A DNA stretch of 64,000 bases from Desulfosudaceae bacterium (GCA_963674745.2 CAXXDV010000001.1:1728001-1792000), one strand, 5' to 3'. Positions 1 to 10,335 are shown, counted from the stretch's first letter. Notes: generated by a model from the letters alone, not told the origin. A program made the numbers and translations.

Positions 1-3000
1 GGCTGGAACAGGTGCTTACGGATACAGTGGCGATGGGGGACCGGCCACGGAAGCTAGATTTGAATATGTTGATGATGTCGCAATAGATAACGAGGGTAAT
101 CTTTTAATCGCAGATAGCGGTAATAATCGCATACGAAAGTTGGATGCCAGCGGAATTGTAACTACCGTCGTAGGGACAGGCGCTTGGTATTGTCTTGGTG
201 GCGACGGCGGTCCCGCAACTGAAGCGATTATTAATAGTCCGCATGGCATGGTGGTTGATAATCAGGGTAATCTGTTCTTTTCTGACACCGGAAACGAGTG
301 CATTCGAAGAGTTGACAACTGCGGTATTATTGCCACTATATCCGGGCCCGGTCCTTACGCCTACCTTGGAGACGATGACACGGCAATTGAAGCCGGGTTT
401 ATAAACCCCAGAGGCCTGGAAATAGACAGCCAGGGCAATATTTTGGTCGCTGATTGTGGCCATAACCGCATTCGCAAAATTGGCCCCCCGTCGATTTTCT
501 CAACCAGCACTAATTCCGGAGATGTCAGTTTTGCTGACGAAAACGGTTTGGGTTACATAATCGATAGTACCGGGCAACACAAGAAGACAATAGCGCTGAA
601 TACGGGCACGACACTCCTTACATTCAGTTATGATACTTTTGAGGGGCAACCCTGCCTGACGTCTATCACCGACCGGTTTAACAGGGTGACCCTTATCAAC
701 CGATATAGTGATGGGACGCCTTATTCAATTGTCTCACCGGACGGCTTGGACACGCTTTTGTCTGTTGATGCCAATAATCATCTTGACCGTATTACCCAGG
801 CGGATGAAGGAATATACGATTTTATCTATTCCGCAGGAGGCTTGCTGACAAAAAAAACCGAACCGGAAACGACTCATGTATATAATTATAGGTATAACGA
901 AAACGGCCGGCTGACAGATACCTATGATAACCGGGGAGGTCACTGGAATTTTGGCCGCTATATTGATGAACAAGGGCGGGCGCATACCCGTATCCTCACA
1001 GCTGAAAACAATTTGACAACATACGTGGATCAAAAATACTCCACAGGCCGATTTGCTTCGACCATAACAGGCCCGTCAGGCGGAACGACATACTATAACG
1101 AGTCTGCCGGGGGGTTAACGGTTCAAAAAGAGATGGATTGCGGAATGAACCTTGATTTTATTTATGATGTTGATCCGGAATACAGGTATAAATTTATAAA
1201 AGAGATGACCGAATCAACCCCATCAGGCCTGGTAAGATCAACCCAAAAAAACAAAGACTATCAGGATACCAATGATGATGAAGCCCCTGACATCATCACG
1301 CAAACGGTAACCATGAACGGAAAAACCGCACAGCAGGAAGCTGACCTGCTTGCTTCTGTCATAACAATTGACACGCCTGAAGACCGAACGTTAATCAGCA
1401 CATTTGACCCGGATACCCTGCAGACCACCAGTACCCGGACACCGGGGTTTAACCCGACCGTTTATGCTTATTATACAGATGGCAGATTGGCATCTATCAG
1501 CACAGGCGCCCGCAAGACATCGTTTTTCTATGACCCTGACGGGTACCTTGACGCCATTACGGACCCGAATCATAATACAACTAATTTTGAAAATGATAAG
1601 GCCGGAAGGATTTTGAATATTGACCGGCCGGATACAACCAGCCTGGATTTTTCTTATGATAATAACGGAAACATGATTGTATTAACCAATCCTTCTGACG
1701 TAGATCATGGATTCTCTTTCAATGAAGTCGACCTGCCCGACGCTTATGACACCCCGCTCAGCGGCAGTTATCGTTTCGTCTATGATAAGGACCGCCGGTT
1801 GATCAGGAAGGATTTCCCTTCTGGCAAGTCTATCTATTGGGATTATGCTGATCCCATGAATTCTTCCGATAAGTCGCGGTTATGGCAAATCCAAACACCG
1901 GAATACAATATCGATTATACCTATACCTGTGGCAGCAAGATAGACACCGTAACAAAGGATAACGAATCGATTAATTACAGTTATGACGGCCGACTGATCA
2001 CTTCGGAGACCCTCGCCGGTACGCTCGATCAGACGTTGGCACGCACTTATAATAATGATTTTAATCTGTCGTCCTTGACCTATGCCGGCGCAACCGAAAA
2101 TTGTGCATACGATAATGACGGCCTGCTGACAGGTGCGGGAGATTTTGTCATATCCCGGTTTAACGATCCCGGTATCAATGAAACCGGACTGCCCTATCAT
2201 GTCAGCAATGGTAATTTCAGCCTGAACAGGTCATTTAACGGCTACGGCGAAACCAGCAGTGAGAACGCTGTTGTTAACAGCCAGGATGTGTGTTCCTGGA
2301 ATGTGTTTGCCCGGTATGACGACGGCAGGATCAAAACAAAAACCGAGACCATTGGCGGGGTGACAACCACTTTGGATTACACCTATGATCCCTTGGGACG
2401 GCTTGCAACTGTCACCAAAGACGGTTCTTTGGTTGAAGCGTATGATTATACCAGTCTGCCATATGGCACTTGCACATATCAGATGAACACCCAAAGAGGT
2501 GTTGCCGGCCGCAGCCTGGATTATGATGATGAAGACCATCTGCTATCAACGGGAGGTGCCAGTTACCAGTATGATTTGGATGGTTTTTTACAGTCCAAAA
2601 CCACGATAGCAGGCACCACCGGTTACGATTATTCATCCCGAGGTGAACTGTTGAGTGTAGATTTGCCGGACGGCACGGCTATAGAATATATTTATGATTC
2701 CTTAGGTCGTAGAATTGCCAAAAAGGTTGATGGGATAATAATTGAAAAATATCTGTGGAGCGGCCTGACGACTTTATTGGCGGTTTATGACGGTGCGGAC
2801 AATCTCCTGATGCGATTCAAATATGCGGATAGTCGCATGCCGGTTGGTCTTGAAAAGGCTGGTGTGGTATATTATCTGACATACGATCAGGTCGGCTCCC
2901 TGCGGGCCGTGGCCGATGCCTCGGGTGATATCGTAAAACAGATCGATTACGACAGCTTCGGATATGTTTTAAACGATACCAACCCGGGCTTTGAAGTGCC

Positions 3001-3601
3001 GTTCGGGTTTGCCGGAGGATTGTGTGATCGGGATACAGGACTGGTCAGGTTCGGATACAGGGATTATGATCCGGATACAGGCAGATGGACCGCAAAAGAC
3101 CCGATCGGTTTTGCCGGGGGGGATAGTGATCTTTATGGTTATTGCCTGAATGATCCGATTAATCTTATTGATCCTTACGGACTTGTAAAGTGGGGATCGG
3201 TATTCCAAGGTGGCTTTGCGATGGTAACAGGAGGATTTGCAGTTTGGTTTGGCTCTGCTGCCTCGGCTACAGGGATTGGCGCCATCGGAGGGGTCCCCGC
3301 TGTCATAGGAGGAGCAGCCACATTTGGATGGGGAATGACCGAGTTTATAACCGGGTTTCTCGACTCTGAGACCGATATTGCGACCCCATGTACTGCATCA
3401 TTGACTACATTAGTTATTACAGGTGATATGGAAGCTGCAAAAAAAGCAGATTTAGCTCAAGATATAATATTTTTAGGTTGTGGTTGGGGAAATTTTCTGG
3501 GTAGCCCTCCAACAAATTCAACGTTTTTGGAATTTGGAGGGAAAATCAGTGAATCCGTATACGTTGCTGGAGAAAGCACTGTCCTTGATTCTGGCGAGTA
3601 A
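1..3601 (+). CDS. NHL-repeat + YD/RHS-repeat protein (teneurin-like polymorphic toxin), 5'-truncated by the window edge
   Basis: Frame is open from base 2 (AGTGAYGYSGDGGPATEARF...IADSGNNRIRKLD, NHL repeats), followed by many YD repeats and the RHS core motif RDYDPDTGRWTAKDPIGFAGGDSDLYGYCLNDPINLIDPYGL, then a ~140 aa Gly-rich hydrophobic C-terminal tail. Confidence 0.9.
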   Translation, partial: AGTGAYGYSGDGGPATEARFEYVDDVAIDNEGNLLIADSGNNRIRKLDASGIVTTVVGTGAWYCLGGDGGPATEAIINSPHGMVVDNQGNLFFSDTGNECIRRVDNCGIIATISGPGPYAYLGDDDTAIEAGFINPRGLEIDSQGNILVADCGHNRIRKIGPPSIFSTSTNSGDVSFADENGLGYIIDSTGQHKKTIALNTGTTLLTFSYDTFEGQPCLTSITDRFNRVTLINRYSDGTPYSIVSPDGLDTLLSVDANNHLDRITQADEGIYDFIYSAGGLLTKKTEPETTHVYNYRYNENGRLTDTYDNRGGHWNFGRYIDEQGRAHTRILTAENNLTTYVDQKYSTGRFASTITGPSGGTTYYNESAGGLTVQKEMDCGMNLDFIYDVDPEYRYKFIKEMTESTPSGLVRSTQKNKDYQDTNDDEAPDIITQTVTMNGKTAQQEADLLASVITIDTPEDRTLISTFDPDTLQTTSTRTPGFNPTVYAYYTDGRLASISTGARKTSFFYDPDGYLDAITDPNHNTTNFENDKAGRILNIDRPDTTSLDFSYDNNGNMIVLTNPSDVDHGFSFNEVDLPDAYDTPLSGSYRFVYDKDRRLIRKDFPSGKSIYWDYADPMNSSDKSRLWQIQTPEYNIDYTYTCGSKIDTVTKDNESINYSYDGRLITSETLAGTLDQTLARTYNNDFNLSSLTYAGATENCAYDNDGLLTGAGDFVISRFNDPGINETGLPYHVSNGNFSLNRSFNGYGETSSENAVVNSQDVCSWNVFARYDDGRIKTKTETIGGVTTTLDYTYDPLGRLATVTKDGSLVEAYDYTSLPYGTCTYQMNTQRGVAGRSLDYDDEDHLLSTGGASYQYDLDGFLQSKTTIAGTTGYDYSSRGELLSVDLPDGTAIEYIYDSLGRRIAKKVDGIIIEKYLWSGLTTLLAVYDGADNLLMRFKYADSRMPVGLEKAGVVYYLTYDQVGSLRAVADASGDIVKQIDYDSFGYVLNDTNPGFEVPFGFAGGLCDRDTGLVRFGYRDYDPDTGRWTAKDPIGFAGGDSDLYGYCLNDPINLIDPYGLVKWGSVFQGGFAMVTGGFAVWFGSAASATGIGAIGGVPAVIGGAATFGWGMTEFITGFLDSETDIATPCTASLTTLVITGDMEAAKKADLAQDIIFLGCGWGNFLGSPPTNSTFLEFGGKISESVYVAGESTVLDSGE

Positions 3602-3624
3602 TTTTATAATTTGCGAGTAAAATT

Positions 3625-3825
3625 ATGGATTATTTTATAGCTATCAGCTCATTAGTGTTCTCAATTTATTCTTTGCTTTTATCAAAAAGTAAAAGAAATT
3701 TTTCAAGACTTGTTGAAAATGGTGGTCATGAGTTCGCCCTAAAAACCACAAAAACATTACAGATATGTGGAACCGTCTTGTTTATATTCTCAATGGTATG
3801 GTTCTTAATAGCATTTATAGGGTAA
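3625..3825 (+). CDS. small two-TM membrane protein, probable immunity protein of the RHS toxin
   Basis: 66 aa ORF 23 bp after the RHS stop, two hydrophobic segments, AT-rich like the toxin tip. Confidence 0.55.
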   Translation: MDYFIAISSLVFSIYSLLLSKSKRNFSRLVENGGHEFALKTTKTLQICGTVLFIFSMVWFLIAFIG

Positions 3826-4063
3826 AGGGACAGTTTGTTTTTGAAACGCCTAAAACGTAAAAATGCCCTTAACTAATGACCTTATACCGCTTTGTTTTTG
3901 GGATGGCGGGCGTGAACAGATAATAAGGTGCCACCGCCGGATCCCCAGTTACATAGAGCCGCCTGGCGGGGAGCGTGGTGCCTTATGACATAATCAAAAT
4001 TATCGGTCGTTGCTGCATTAACGTTTTTTCAAACGATGCAATTGGACGGGAAATAGTGGCCGT

Positions 4064-4476
4064 GTTGACAAATTATACAAACCATCCTCTCAAGTACTCC
4101 TTCCAAAATGGATAAATGTTGGAGAAAATAATTAGAACAGGTAAATAGGAAATAAAACGATGCCAAGAGGAGCATGACTGGATGCGCCGGGCACATTGCA
4201 TCATGTCATGGTGCGTCGGATCGAGAGGCGCAAAATTATCGACGATAGAGCTCGTTTTATCTCAAGGGCCGGGGAAATTGCACTGTACACCGACAATTCG
4301 GAAGCCGCCGGCACCCGATGCCGGATTTAAGAAAAAGGCTTGCCTGGGAGTTTGTTGGGGACTATGACGTTTCGCTTGCACAGGCCGCTCGCTATCTGGG
4401 CCTGTCAACTTCCGGAGTCGCCCAGATATTGAGGAGAAATAAACATTAGTTTGTATGTTTTGTTAACAACGTTTCC
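4064..4476 (+). pseudogene. internally deleted Y1/HUH (RAYT/IS200-like) transposase remnant with imperfect terminal inverted repeats
   Basis: From ATG at 4160 reads MPRGA*LDAPGTLHHVMVRRIERRKIIDD (typical N-terminus, with a stop). The 3' piece reads LRKRLAWEFVGDYDVSLAQAARYLGLSTSGVAQILRRNKH* (HTH-like). IRs: GTTGACAAATTATACAAAC (4064-4082) and GTTTGTATGTTTTGTTAAC (4449-4467), 16/19 match. Confidence 0.7.
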
Positions 4477-4505
4477 AACAACCCTGTTAAAAAAAGGATT
4501 CTTCA

Positions 4506-4988
4506 ATGTCAGAAAATAAATCTCAAGTTACCAAAGCCTTCCAGTCCTGGGTTATCACCTTTTCAGTCTTATTCTTCGCTCTGTCAGGGACAGTTTTAGC
4601 CCTTGTATGTATATACGCATTACCAGATAAGACAGTACGTCCTTTTTTAGGCGGTTTGATTTTTTGTGGAGGCTCTTTTGTCTTAATCGCACTTCTGATT
4701 ATCCATTGGAAAAAAGATATCGCCATACTTCCAAACAATCAAATCATGGTTAAAGAAAATCTGTCCGATAAAATCCTTAAGTGGATTACAACTCTTTTTT
4801 GTTTTGGTTTTTCGTTTTGGGGACTCGCTATAGCGCTTATTTGTATTTATGCTCTGCCAGACAAGACCTTTCAACCTAAAACAGGGGCTATTTATTTTTT
4901 GGGAAGTGCTTTTGTCATAGCAAGCCTTGTTTTTGTAGTATGGAAAAACTGGAAAACAAAAATAGGGTGTCATAGCGTGAAAGAATAA
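4506..4988 (+). CDS. hypothetical four-TM membrane protein with internal duplication
   Basis: Two homologous halves, each containing ALxCIYALPDKT. Confidence 0.7.
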   Translation: MSENKSQVTKAFQSWVITFSVLFFALSGTVLALVCIYALPDKTVRPFLGGLIFCGGSFVLIALLIIHWKKDIAILPNNQIMVKENLSDKILKWITTLFCFGFSFWGLAIALICIYALPDKTFQPKTGAIYFLGSAFVIASLVFVVWKNWKTKIGCHSVKE

Positions 4989-5453
4989 GGGCCGTTCTTT
5001 TCAAAACACAAAAAATTGCGCTCATTTACACCTACGACATTTTATTGAAAATCGTTTAATCTTTGTCCTTTCACAAAGTTAGTTTCTGATGGGGGTAAAA
5101 TTGTAATATTCCTTCAAAGAAAGAGATGGTCATGGAAATAGCACAAGGCATAACCGAATCTAAACGGCCCATAAATTTTGATTTCTGAAGGAATGGTCAT
5201 AAATGAAAATTAGGGGAATAATTAATTTAATAGGGGCATTAGCTGCATTTTATGCCTCCTGGAAATTTTATTGCTACTATACCGGTTGTTTAAAATTATC
5301 GGATGAAAAATAAAAGCGGCGTCAGATAATTGTGAGTAAATATGGATGGCTTCTTGTATTAATAATTATCGTCATTTTAATTGCTGGTTTAGACCTCTTA
5401 ACATTAGCGTTTTAGACGGGGGGAGGGACGTGTAATCTCCCGGGTTTAATTTT

Positions 5454-5717
5454 TTATTTGAGAAATGCCCTGATCTTCTCTTCCAGATCCTCTGCAAAAA
5501 CGTTACATGTCGTTTGTATCTGGAGTTCCAGTTCGGCCGGATCGTTTCCGTATTCTCTATGGAGTCCGGAAGCCATAAGACTGGCAATAAAGACCGTAAC
5601 GGTATTGTAAATCAGCTGTTCATCAGTTCCATCTATATCCATGTTTTGAAACAGCTGGCCAAAGGCATTAAAGAGTTGGTCAAGGTCGATTTCAATACCG
5701 TCCATATCGATTATCAT
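5454..5717 (-). CDS. hypothetical acidic protein
   Basis: 87 aa ORF with AAGGA upstream; no recognised motif. Confidence 0.55.
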   Translation of the reverse strand: MIIDMDGIEIDLDQLFNAFGQLFQNMDIDGTDEQLIYNTVTVFIASLMASGLHREYGNDPAELELQIQTTCNVFAEDLEEKIRAFLK

Positions 5718-5852
5718 AGGGAGTCCTTTTGGTGGTTTAGTTTAGGCGTTTAGGATATAATCAGGAGAACATAGTTTGAGTAGAGATTCAAGTTAATTGT
5801 AAAGACCGTAACGCAGTTGACACTCTGAAGAAGTTCAAGGGCATCAAAACTC

Positions 5853-6146
5853 ATGGCGTGGCATATTTACATCCTGCGGAATGATAGAAACGCTCTTTAT
5901 ACCGGCGTCGCCATAAACCCCGTTGCCAGATACTACGAGCACCTTGAGGGCGGCAAAAAAGCGGCCAAATACACGAGATCTTCCAGATCACTGGAACTGG
6001 TTTATACCATTGCGGCGGATTCAAAAAGTGATGCCTACAAAATCGAATCGGCAATCAAGCGCCTGACAAAAGATCGAAAAGAATATATCGTCGCCATGCA
6101 GCCAGACCTAACGGGACTCAAAGGTATTCTTTTTACAAAGACATGA
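5853..6146 (+). CDS. GIY-YIG nuclease family protein (YhbQ-like)
   Basis: WHIYILR...LYTG...RYYEH..G..AAKYTR...AYKIESAIKRL. Confidence 0.85.
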   Translation: MAWHIYILRNDRNALYTGVAINPVARYYEHLEGGKKAAKYTRSSRSLELVYTIAADSKSDAYKIESAIKRLTKDRKEYIVAMQPDLTGLKGILFTKT

Positions 6147-6414
6147 AATCGAAACACACATCAGCTTTTTACATGAGATGGGCGTTTCGGGCGGCGCCTC
6201 CTCCCCTCCGCTCCCAGTTGACACCCCCGCCATAATCAATTATAGAAATCCTATCGGGGGATGAAAAACAATCCAATCAAAATAAGAGACAACCAAGGAG
6301 GGCGTGTTTTTGAACAGCCGGGGGGTTGAAACATTAACCATTTTTAAGTCAGTCTGTGGAAGCCCTGGTGCCCTCTGGCTGAAGACTTTCAGGAGTGCTT
6401 ATATAAAGAGAGTA

Positions 6415-7266
6415 ATGAACAAAACAATAATTACTACAACTGCTCTGCTTTTCTGTCTGAGTCTTTATTTAACAGCCTTTGCCGTATCTACACAAGTTAG
6501 GATTGATAGTGATCTTTCCAAAGGCAAACCTATTGTTATTCAGGTCTCGGTTGCTCTCGCGGATAACAAAAACCAATGGATAGTACCTGTGCCAGAAGAA
6601 ATCGGGAATGGCCAGGATCCTCGAACAAACCTTTATTGGGGTGCTCTATACGGTTTAAAAACCTATATGACAAAAAAGGCGGGCTGGAAAAAACTAGCAT
6701 CCGTTCAAGTCAATGACGAACGAATTTTGGAAAGATTGGTTCTGAAGAAGCATTTCATACGTAAAGGGAAATCAGTTCTTGTCTATCTAGTTGCTGACGC
6801 TTGGGATGGAAAATATATTGTCGATACGATCAAACAATTTATACGTTACAACGCAGGTTATGATGTGTTTAGTGTGAACGCGGATGGCAAAAAAATATAT
6901 GCTGGCGGGAAAGCACATCTAATAGTGTACATAGGACACAATGCACTAATGGATTATGGGGGGATAAAAAGCATTCTGTTTTCTGAGCAAGAATCAGCAA
7001 AAGACAATCCAGATAATGATTCCATAGTGCTGGCCTGTAAAAGCCAGCCATATTTTTCCTCTCGCTTAAAAGAAGTTAAGGCGCATCCCTTAGTATTGAC
7101 CACAGGCCTCATGGCTCCGGAAGCGTATTCACTTCATTCGGCAATTGAACAATGGATTGCCGGTGCCAGTGATGTTCAGGTCAGGAAAGCGGCTGCTGGC
7201 AGCTACAGCAAATATCAAAAGATTTCTGTTAAGGCGGCTGAACGATTGTTCGGCGGCAGGCAATAA
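6415..7266 (+). CDS. hypothetical secreted protein
   Basis: Signal peptide MNKTIITTTALLFCLSLYLTAFA from ATG 6415; NLYWGA and YIGHN motifs. Confidence 0.7.
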   Translation: MNKTIITTTALLFCLSLYLTAFAVSTQVRIDSDLSKGKPIVIQVSVALADNKNQWIVPVPEEIGNGQDPRTNLYWGALYGLKTYMTKKAGWKKLASVQVNDERILERLVLKKHFIRKGKSVLVYLVADAWDGKYIVDTIKQFIRYNAGYDVFSVNADGKKIYAGGKAHLIVYIGHNALMDYGGIKSILFSEQESAKDNPDNDSIVLACKSQPYFSSRLKEVKAHPLVLTTGLMAPEAYSLHSAIEQWIAGASDVQVRKAAAGSYSKYQKISVKAAERLFGGRQ

Positions 7267-7384
7267 ACAACGCAGGCCGGTCAGGGCAGTCGGGCAAAAA
7301 CGAATTGAAGGCTTTAAATGATGAAAAGGGCAATTTAATAAAATATTCTGCTGTTAATTAAGTGGAAGGGCTGTCTGGTTTCGC

Positions 7385-8509
7385 ATGTACAAATTCGTTA
7401 ATATTTACATTGTTTTTTTTCTGGTCAGCGGCATCTTACCCCTGGTAGAGGTTATGCTGTATCAGCTTTTCTGGATTCAGCGGTTACCGGCAATTTCCTG
7501 GACTGTGGCCCTTCTCCCCCTGATTCTTTCCTTCCCGATCTACCTTATTCTTGGCTGTATGCGCAACTTTCCTAAACGGGTTGTGTTGCCTATGGCCTTG
7601 TTCATGGCCTGGAAGCATCTCTTTTATGCGCTGCCTGTTCCGTTTTTTCTGGGCTTTAGCAATACCAATATCCTTTTGACGCTGATGCACCCTTGCCTGG
7701 GTATCGTGGCGCTTGTCCTTTTGAGATACGCCGGAGAAAACGGTCATTGGCTATACAGACGGTCGGATTTTGAACACGTGAGGTTTCGTTGGAAACGATT
7801 ATGCGGTTTCGCCGCTGCAAATGTACTTCTCATTATCCCTTTGGTCGGAGTCTATCTTGCCGTTTCTCTCAGTGTGGGGCTTTCTTATCTGTCTCATGGG
7901 TTTTTGCATTTCGGGTTTGAAGGGATCTCGGTCGAGGCCCGCACGTATCTTTATCAAGGAAAGAATATCATTCTCCTCCCCACGGCTCATATTGCCAAAG
8001 CGGATTTTTACGATAAGCTGGTTGCGTCTTTGCCTGCAGGAAACACCGTGGTGATTCCAGAGGGCGTTACGGATAAGAACAAACTGCTTGAGCATGGATT
8101 GAACTATGAAAAGCTGGCGGGCAGTCTGGGGCTTGAGGCTCAGGATAATCAAAAGATAGTAGCTGATCGACACACGAAACAATGTGATGTTGATATCAGT
8201 GATTTTTCCTGGGAGATAATCGATTGTCTTCGTTCGTTTTCCAGCGCATCCCGATACTGGTCGTCCGGAAAACGGCTGAGGGCTTTGCAGCAGTTCTTTT
8301 CCACTCCGAATCCGGATCCAGAATTGTTTTTCCGGGAATTGTTGGAACTTCGAAATCTTCGTGTTACTGAATGCATTGCTGATTGTCTGCAAGCGTATGA
8401 TAATATAGTCATTCCCTGGGGTGCTGCACACATGCCCGGTATCGAAAGAGCTATTCTGGCATGGGATGGTATTATTGCAGAGCGCAGAACAATCCTGATT
8501 TGGGGGTGA
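7385..8509 (+). CDS. membrane protein with C-terminal TraB/GumN-like domain
   Basis: About five N-terminal TM helices, then HIA..DFY, VIPEG, RN and WGAAHMPGI motifs. Confidence 0.6.
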   Translation: MYKFVNIYIVFFLVSGILPLVEVMLYQLFWIQRLPAISWTVALLPLILSFPIYLILGCMRNFPKRVVLPMALFMAWKHLFYALPVPFFLGFSNTNILLTLMHPCLGIVALVLLRYAGENGHWLYRRSDFEHVRFRWKRLCGFAAANVLLIIPLVGVYLAVSLSVGLSYLSHGFLHFGFEGISVEARTYLYQGKNIILLPTAHIAKADFYDKLVASLPAGNTVVIPEGVTDKNKLLEHGLNYEKLAGSLGLEAQDNQKIVADRHTKQCDVDISDFSWEIIDCLRSFSSASRYWSSGKRLRALQQFFSTPNPDPELFFRELLELRNLRVTECIADCLQAYDNIVIPWGAAHMPGIERAILAWDGIIAERRTILIWG

Positions 8510-8650
8510 TTCTCCCAAGGACAAGAATTGCCAAACTCACATGAGCCGCCCGGATCACGTCAACTACGAATGGTCATCCAAGACCAAAGTTTGGCTTGAA
8601 TGTCTGTTGGGCAGTCTCCTTGTTTATACCGATCCCCCCTTTTTCACCTC

Positions 8651-8686
8651 AAACTCAATATATAATAGCCATAATATATTGAGTTT
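8651..8686. repeat. 14-8-14 palindromic site, left copy
   Basis: AAACTCAATATATA-ATAGCCAT-AATATATTGAGTTT; arms are 13/14 complementary. Confidence 0.7.
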
Positions 8687-8845
8687 CGACCATTTTTTGC
8701 CGTAACTGGCTGTTTTTCGGTGGCAAATCGACAAAAAACTCAATACAAAACGATATGGTTATTTTATAGAGAATCCATAGGTCACAAAATTTGATTCTCT
8801 TCACACCTCTTTAAGCTCTGCCTAACAGGGCTATTAATAATAAAA

Positions 8846-9079
8846 AACCGGAATTAAAGAGTCGGTCTGTATAACATCCCAAATCGGCACAAAACACAGA
8901 CCGGTTGAACAATGCTCACTGTGTCAAGTGACGTTACATTTCTTATAATGGTTTGATAACAAAAGATATCGTTGATTTCTTCGAAATGATGTGATTTTAT
9001 TTAATAACAACTTTAAATCTTCACTAAATCAGAAAACGGGACAAAAGGCAGACCGACTACATAATTACTAATGTTAGGT
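8846..9079 (+). repeat. long attC-like site (or attI) heading the cassette array
   Basis: AAC at 8846; perfect IR AGTCGGTCTG (8860-8869)/CAGACCGACT (9049-9058); GTTAGGT core at 9073. Confidence 0.5.
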
Positions 9080-9088
9080 GACCAATAA

Positions 9089-9394
9089 ATGTCACTATTT
9101 TCAAAAAAGATAATACAGCAAGATGATCCAGAATTAATCGATGCCCTGCAAAAATTTGTAGGTGCATTCGAAGTTGTGTTCCGTCATGATTGGGAATACA
9201 CCAAAATAATGATTGGGGATGAAGAAAAAGGATGTAACTTTATCGAGCCCGGGTTGGAAGACGAAACAGAGGACTGGGGTGCAAGAGGAGCCTTGTTGGA
9301 AAGTTATCGTCATCTTCTCAAATTAATGTCACAACGAGAAATAGAACCCATCTTACCATTTCCAATCAGCGACTTTCTAAAATTAAATAAATGA
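9089..9394 (+). CDS. cassette 1 hypothetical protein
   Basis: 101 aa ORF between the core site at 9073 and the attC at 9398. Confidence 0.75.
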   Translation: MSLFSKKIIQQDDPELIDALQKFVGAFEVVFRHDWEYTKIMIGDEEKGCNFIEPGLEDETEDWGARGALLESYRHLLKLMSQREIEPILPFPISDFLKLNK

Positions 9395-9397
9395 ATC

Positions 9398-9522
9398 ACC
9401 TAACAACGCCACTCACACAGACTCGCAGGGGCGGCCTGCCTTAGTCTTGGCATAGTGTGGTGTTGAAATAACATTTAGCGAAGTCCGCAAACCCTGCTCG
9501 CCGGTGGTGGCGGACGTTAGGT
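9398..9522 (+). repeat. attC site 1
   Basis: ACCTAAC-AACGCCACTCAC...GCAGGG...CCCTGC...GTGGTGGCGGAC-GTTAGGT. Confidence 0.9.
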
Positions 9523-9528
9523 TCCAGA

Positions 9529-9849
9529 ATGGAAGAATCGGAAAAATTTTTTGCGAGAATCATCTTTGGATGGACATGGCGTAGGTTTCTCACCTTATGC
9601 TTTACCATTAGCGCTATAGCTATATTGGTTTTCGCTACGTTTTCCCTTTTACCATCCGAATCTCATAAAACGACAAGTTGGAAAGAGATTCTTTTGCTTT
9701 CGCTACTCTTGGGGCCATTGGTGACAACCACCATTTTTCTATATTTTCGTTTCATCAAAGGCCCAATTTTATTATCGAGGCTGCAATCGAAAGGCAAAAC
9801 TGATACTATCGAGTTTTGTAATGAATTAATCAATAAAAACGGAACCTAA
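9529..9849 (+). CDS. cassette 2 hypothetical two-TM membrane protein
   Basis: 106 aa; stop codon lies within the attC R'' box. Confidence 0.75.
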   Translation: MEESEKFFARIIFGWTWRRFLTLCFTISAIAILVFATFSLLPSESHKTTSWKEILLLSLLLGPLVTTTIFLYFRFIKGPILLSRLQSKGKTDTIEFCNELINKNGT

Positions 9850-9966
9850 CAACACCATGCACTTGACTCGCAGGGGCGGGCTGCTTTTCAATTATCGAGG
9901 TTCGGTGTTAACGTGGCTTTGCAAAAGTCACCTTTCCCTGCTCCCAAGTGACGGTGGACGTTATGT
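9844..9966 (+). repeat. attC site 2
   Basis: ACCTAAC-AACACCATGCACTTG...GCAGGG...CCCTGC...CAAGTGACGGTGGAC-GTTATGT. Confidence 0.9.
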
Positions 9967-9981
9967 GTATGAAAGGTTCGA

Positions 9982-10335
9982 ATGGATATAATCTTTGAAG
10001 CGAAAAAAGTATCCTATAATGAAGCCTTAGGTGGAGATATTGTCCAGATTTCATTTGACCAAGATGATCATGATGACATCCTTGAAAATCCGTATAAATA
10101 CCTTCTTATCTCTATCAATTATGAATTCCCTCCATTTGAGCCATCATTTGAGTGGTATGACGGCACTGAGTATGATGGCGGTGATGAAATCAAAAATTAT
10201 TCTTTTCAGCCTGATCATTTAATGATGCAATTGGAAAACGATTTGGTTTTTGATATTTCTTTTAAAATCGAAAAACCTCTTTTCGAAAAAATAGATCAAT
10301 TTTTTAAAAAGGTATTTAAAAGATTAAACACATAA
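9982..10335 (+). CDS. cassette 3 hypothetical acidic protein
   Basis: 117 aa, AAGG RBS, stop within the attC R'' box. Confidence 0.75.
   Translation: MDIIFEAKKVSYNEALGGDIVQISFDQDDHDDILENPYKYLLISINYEFPPFEPSFEWYDGTEYDGGDEIKNYSFQPDHLMMQLENDLVFDISFKIEKPLFEKIDQFFKKVFKRLNT

Noticed and set aside
4182..4367. 61 aa tracked ORF
   Set aside because: Out-of-frame reading across the transposase remnant.
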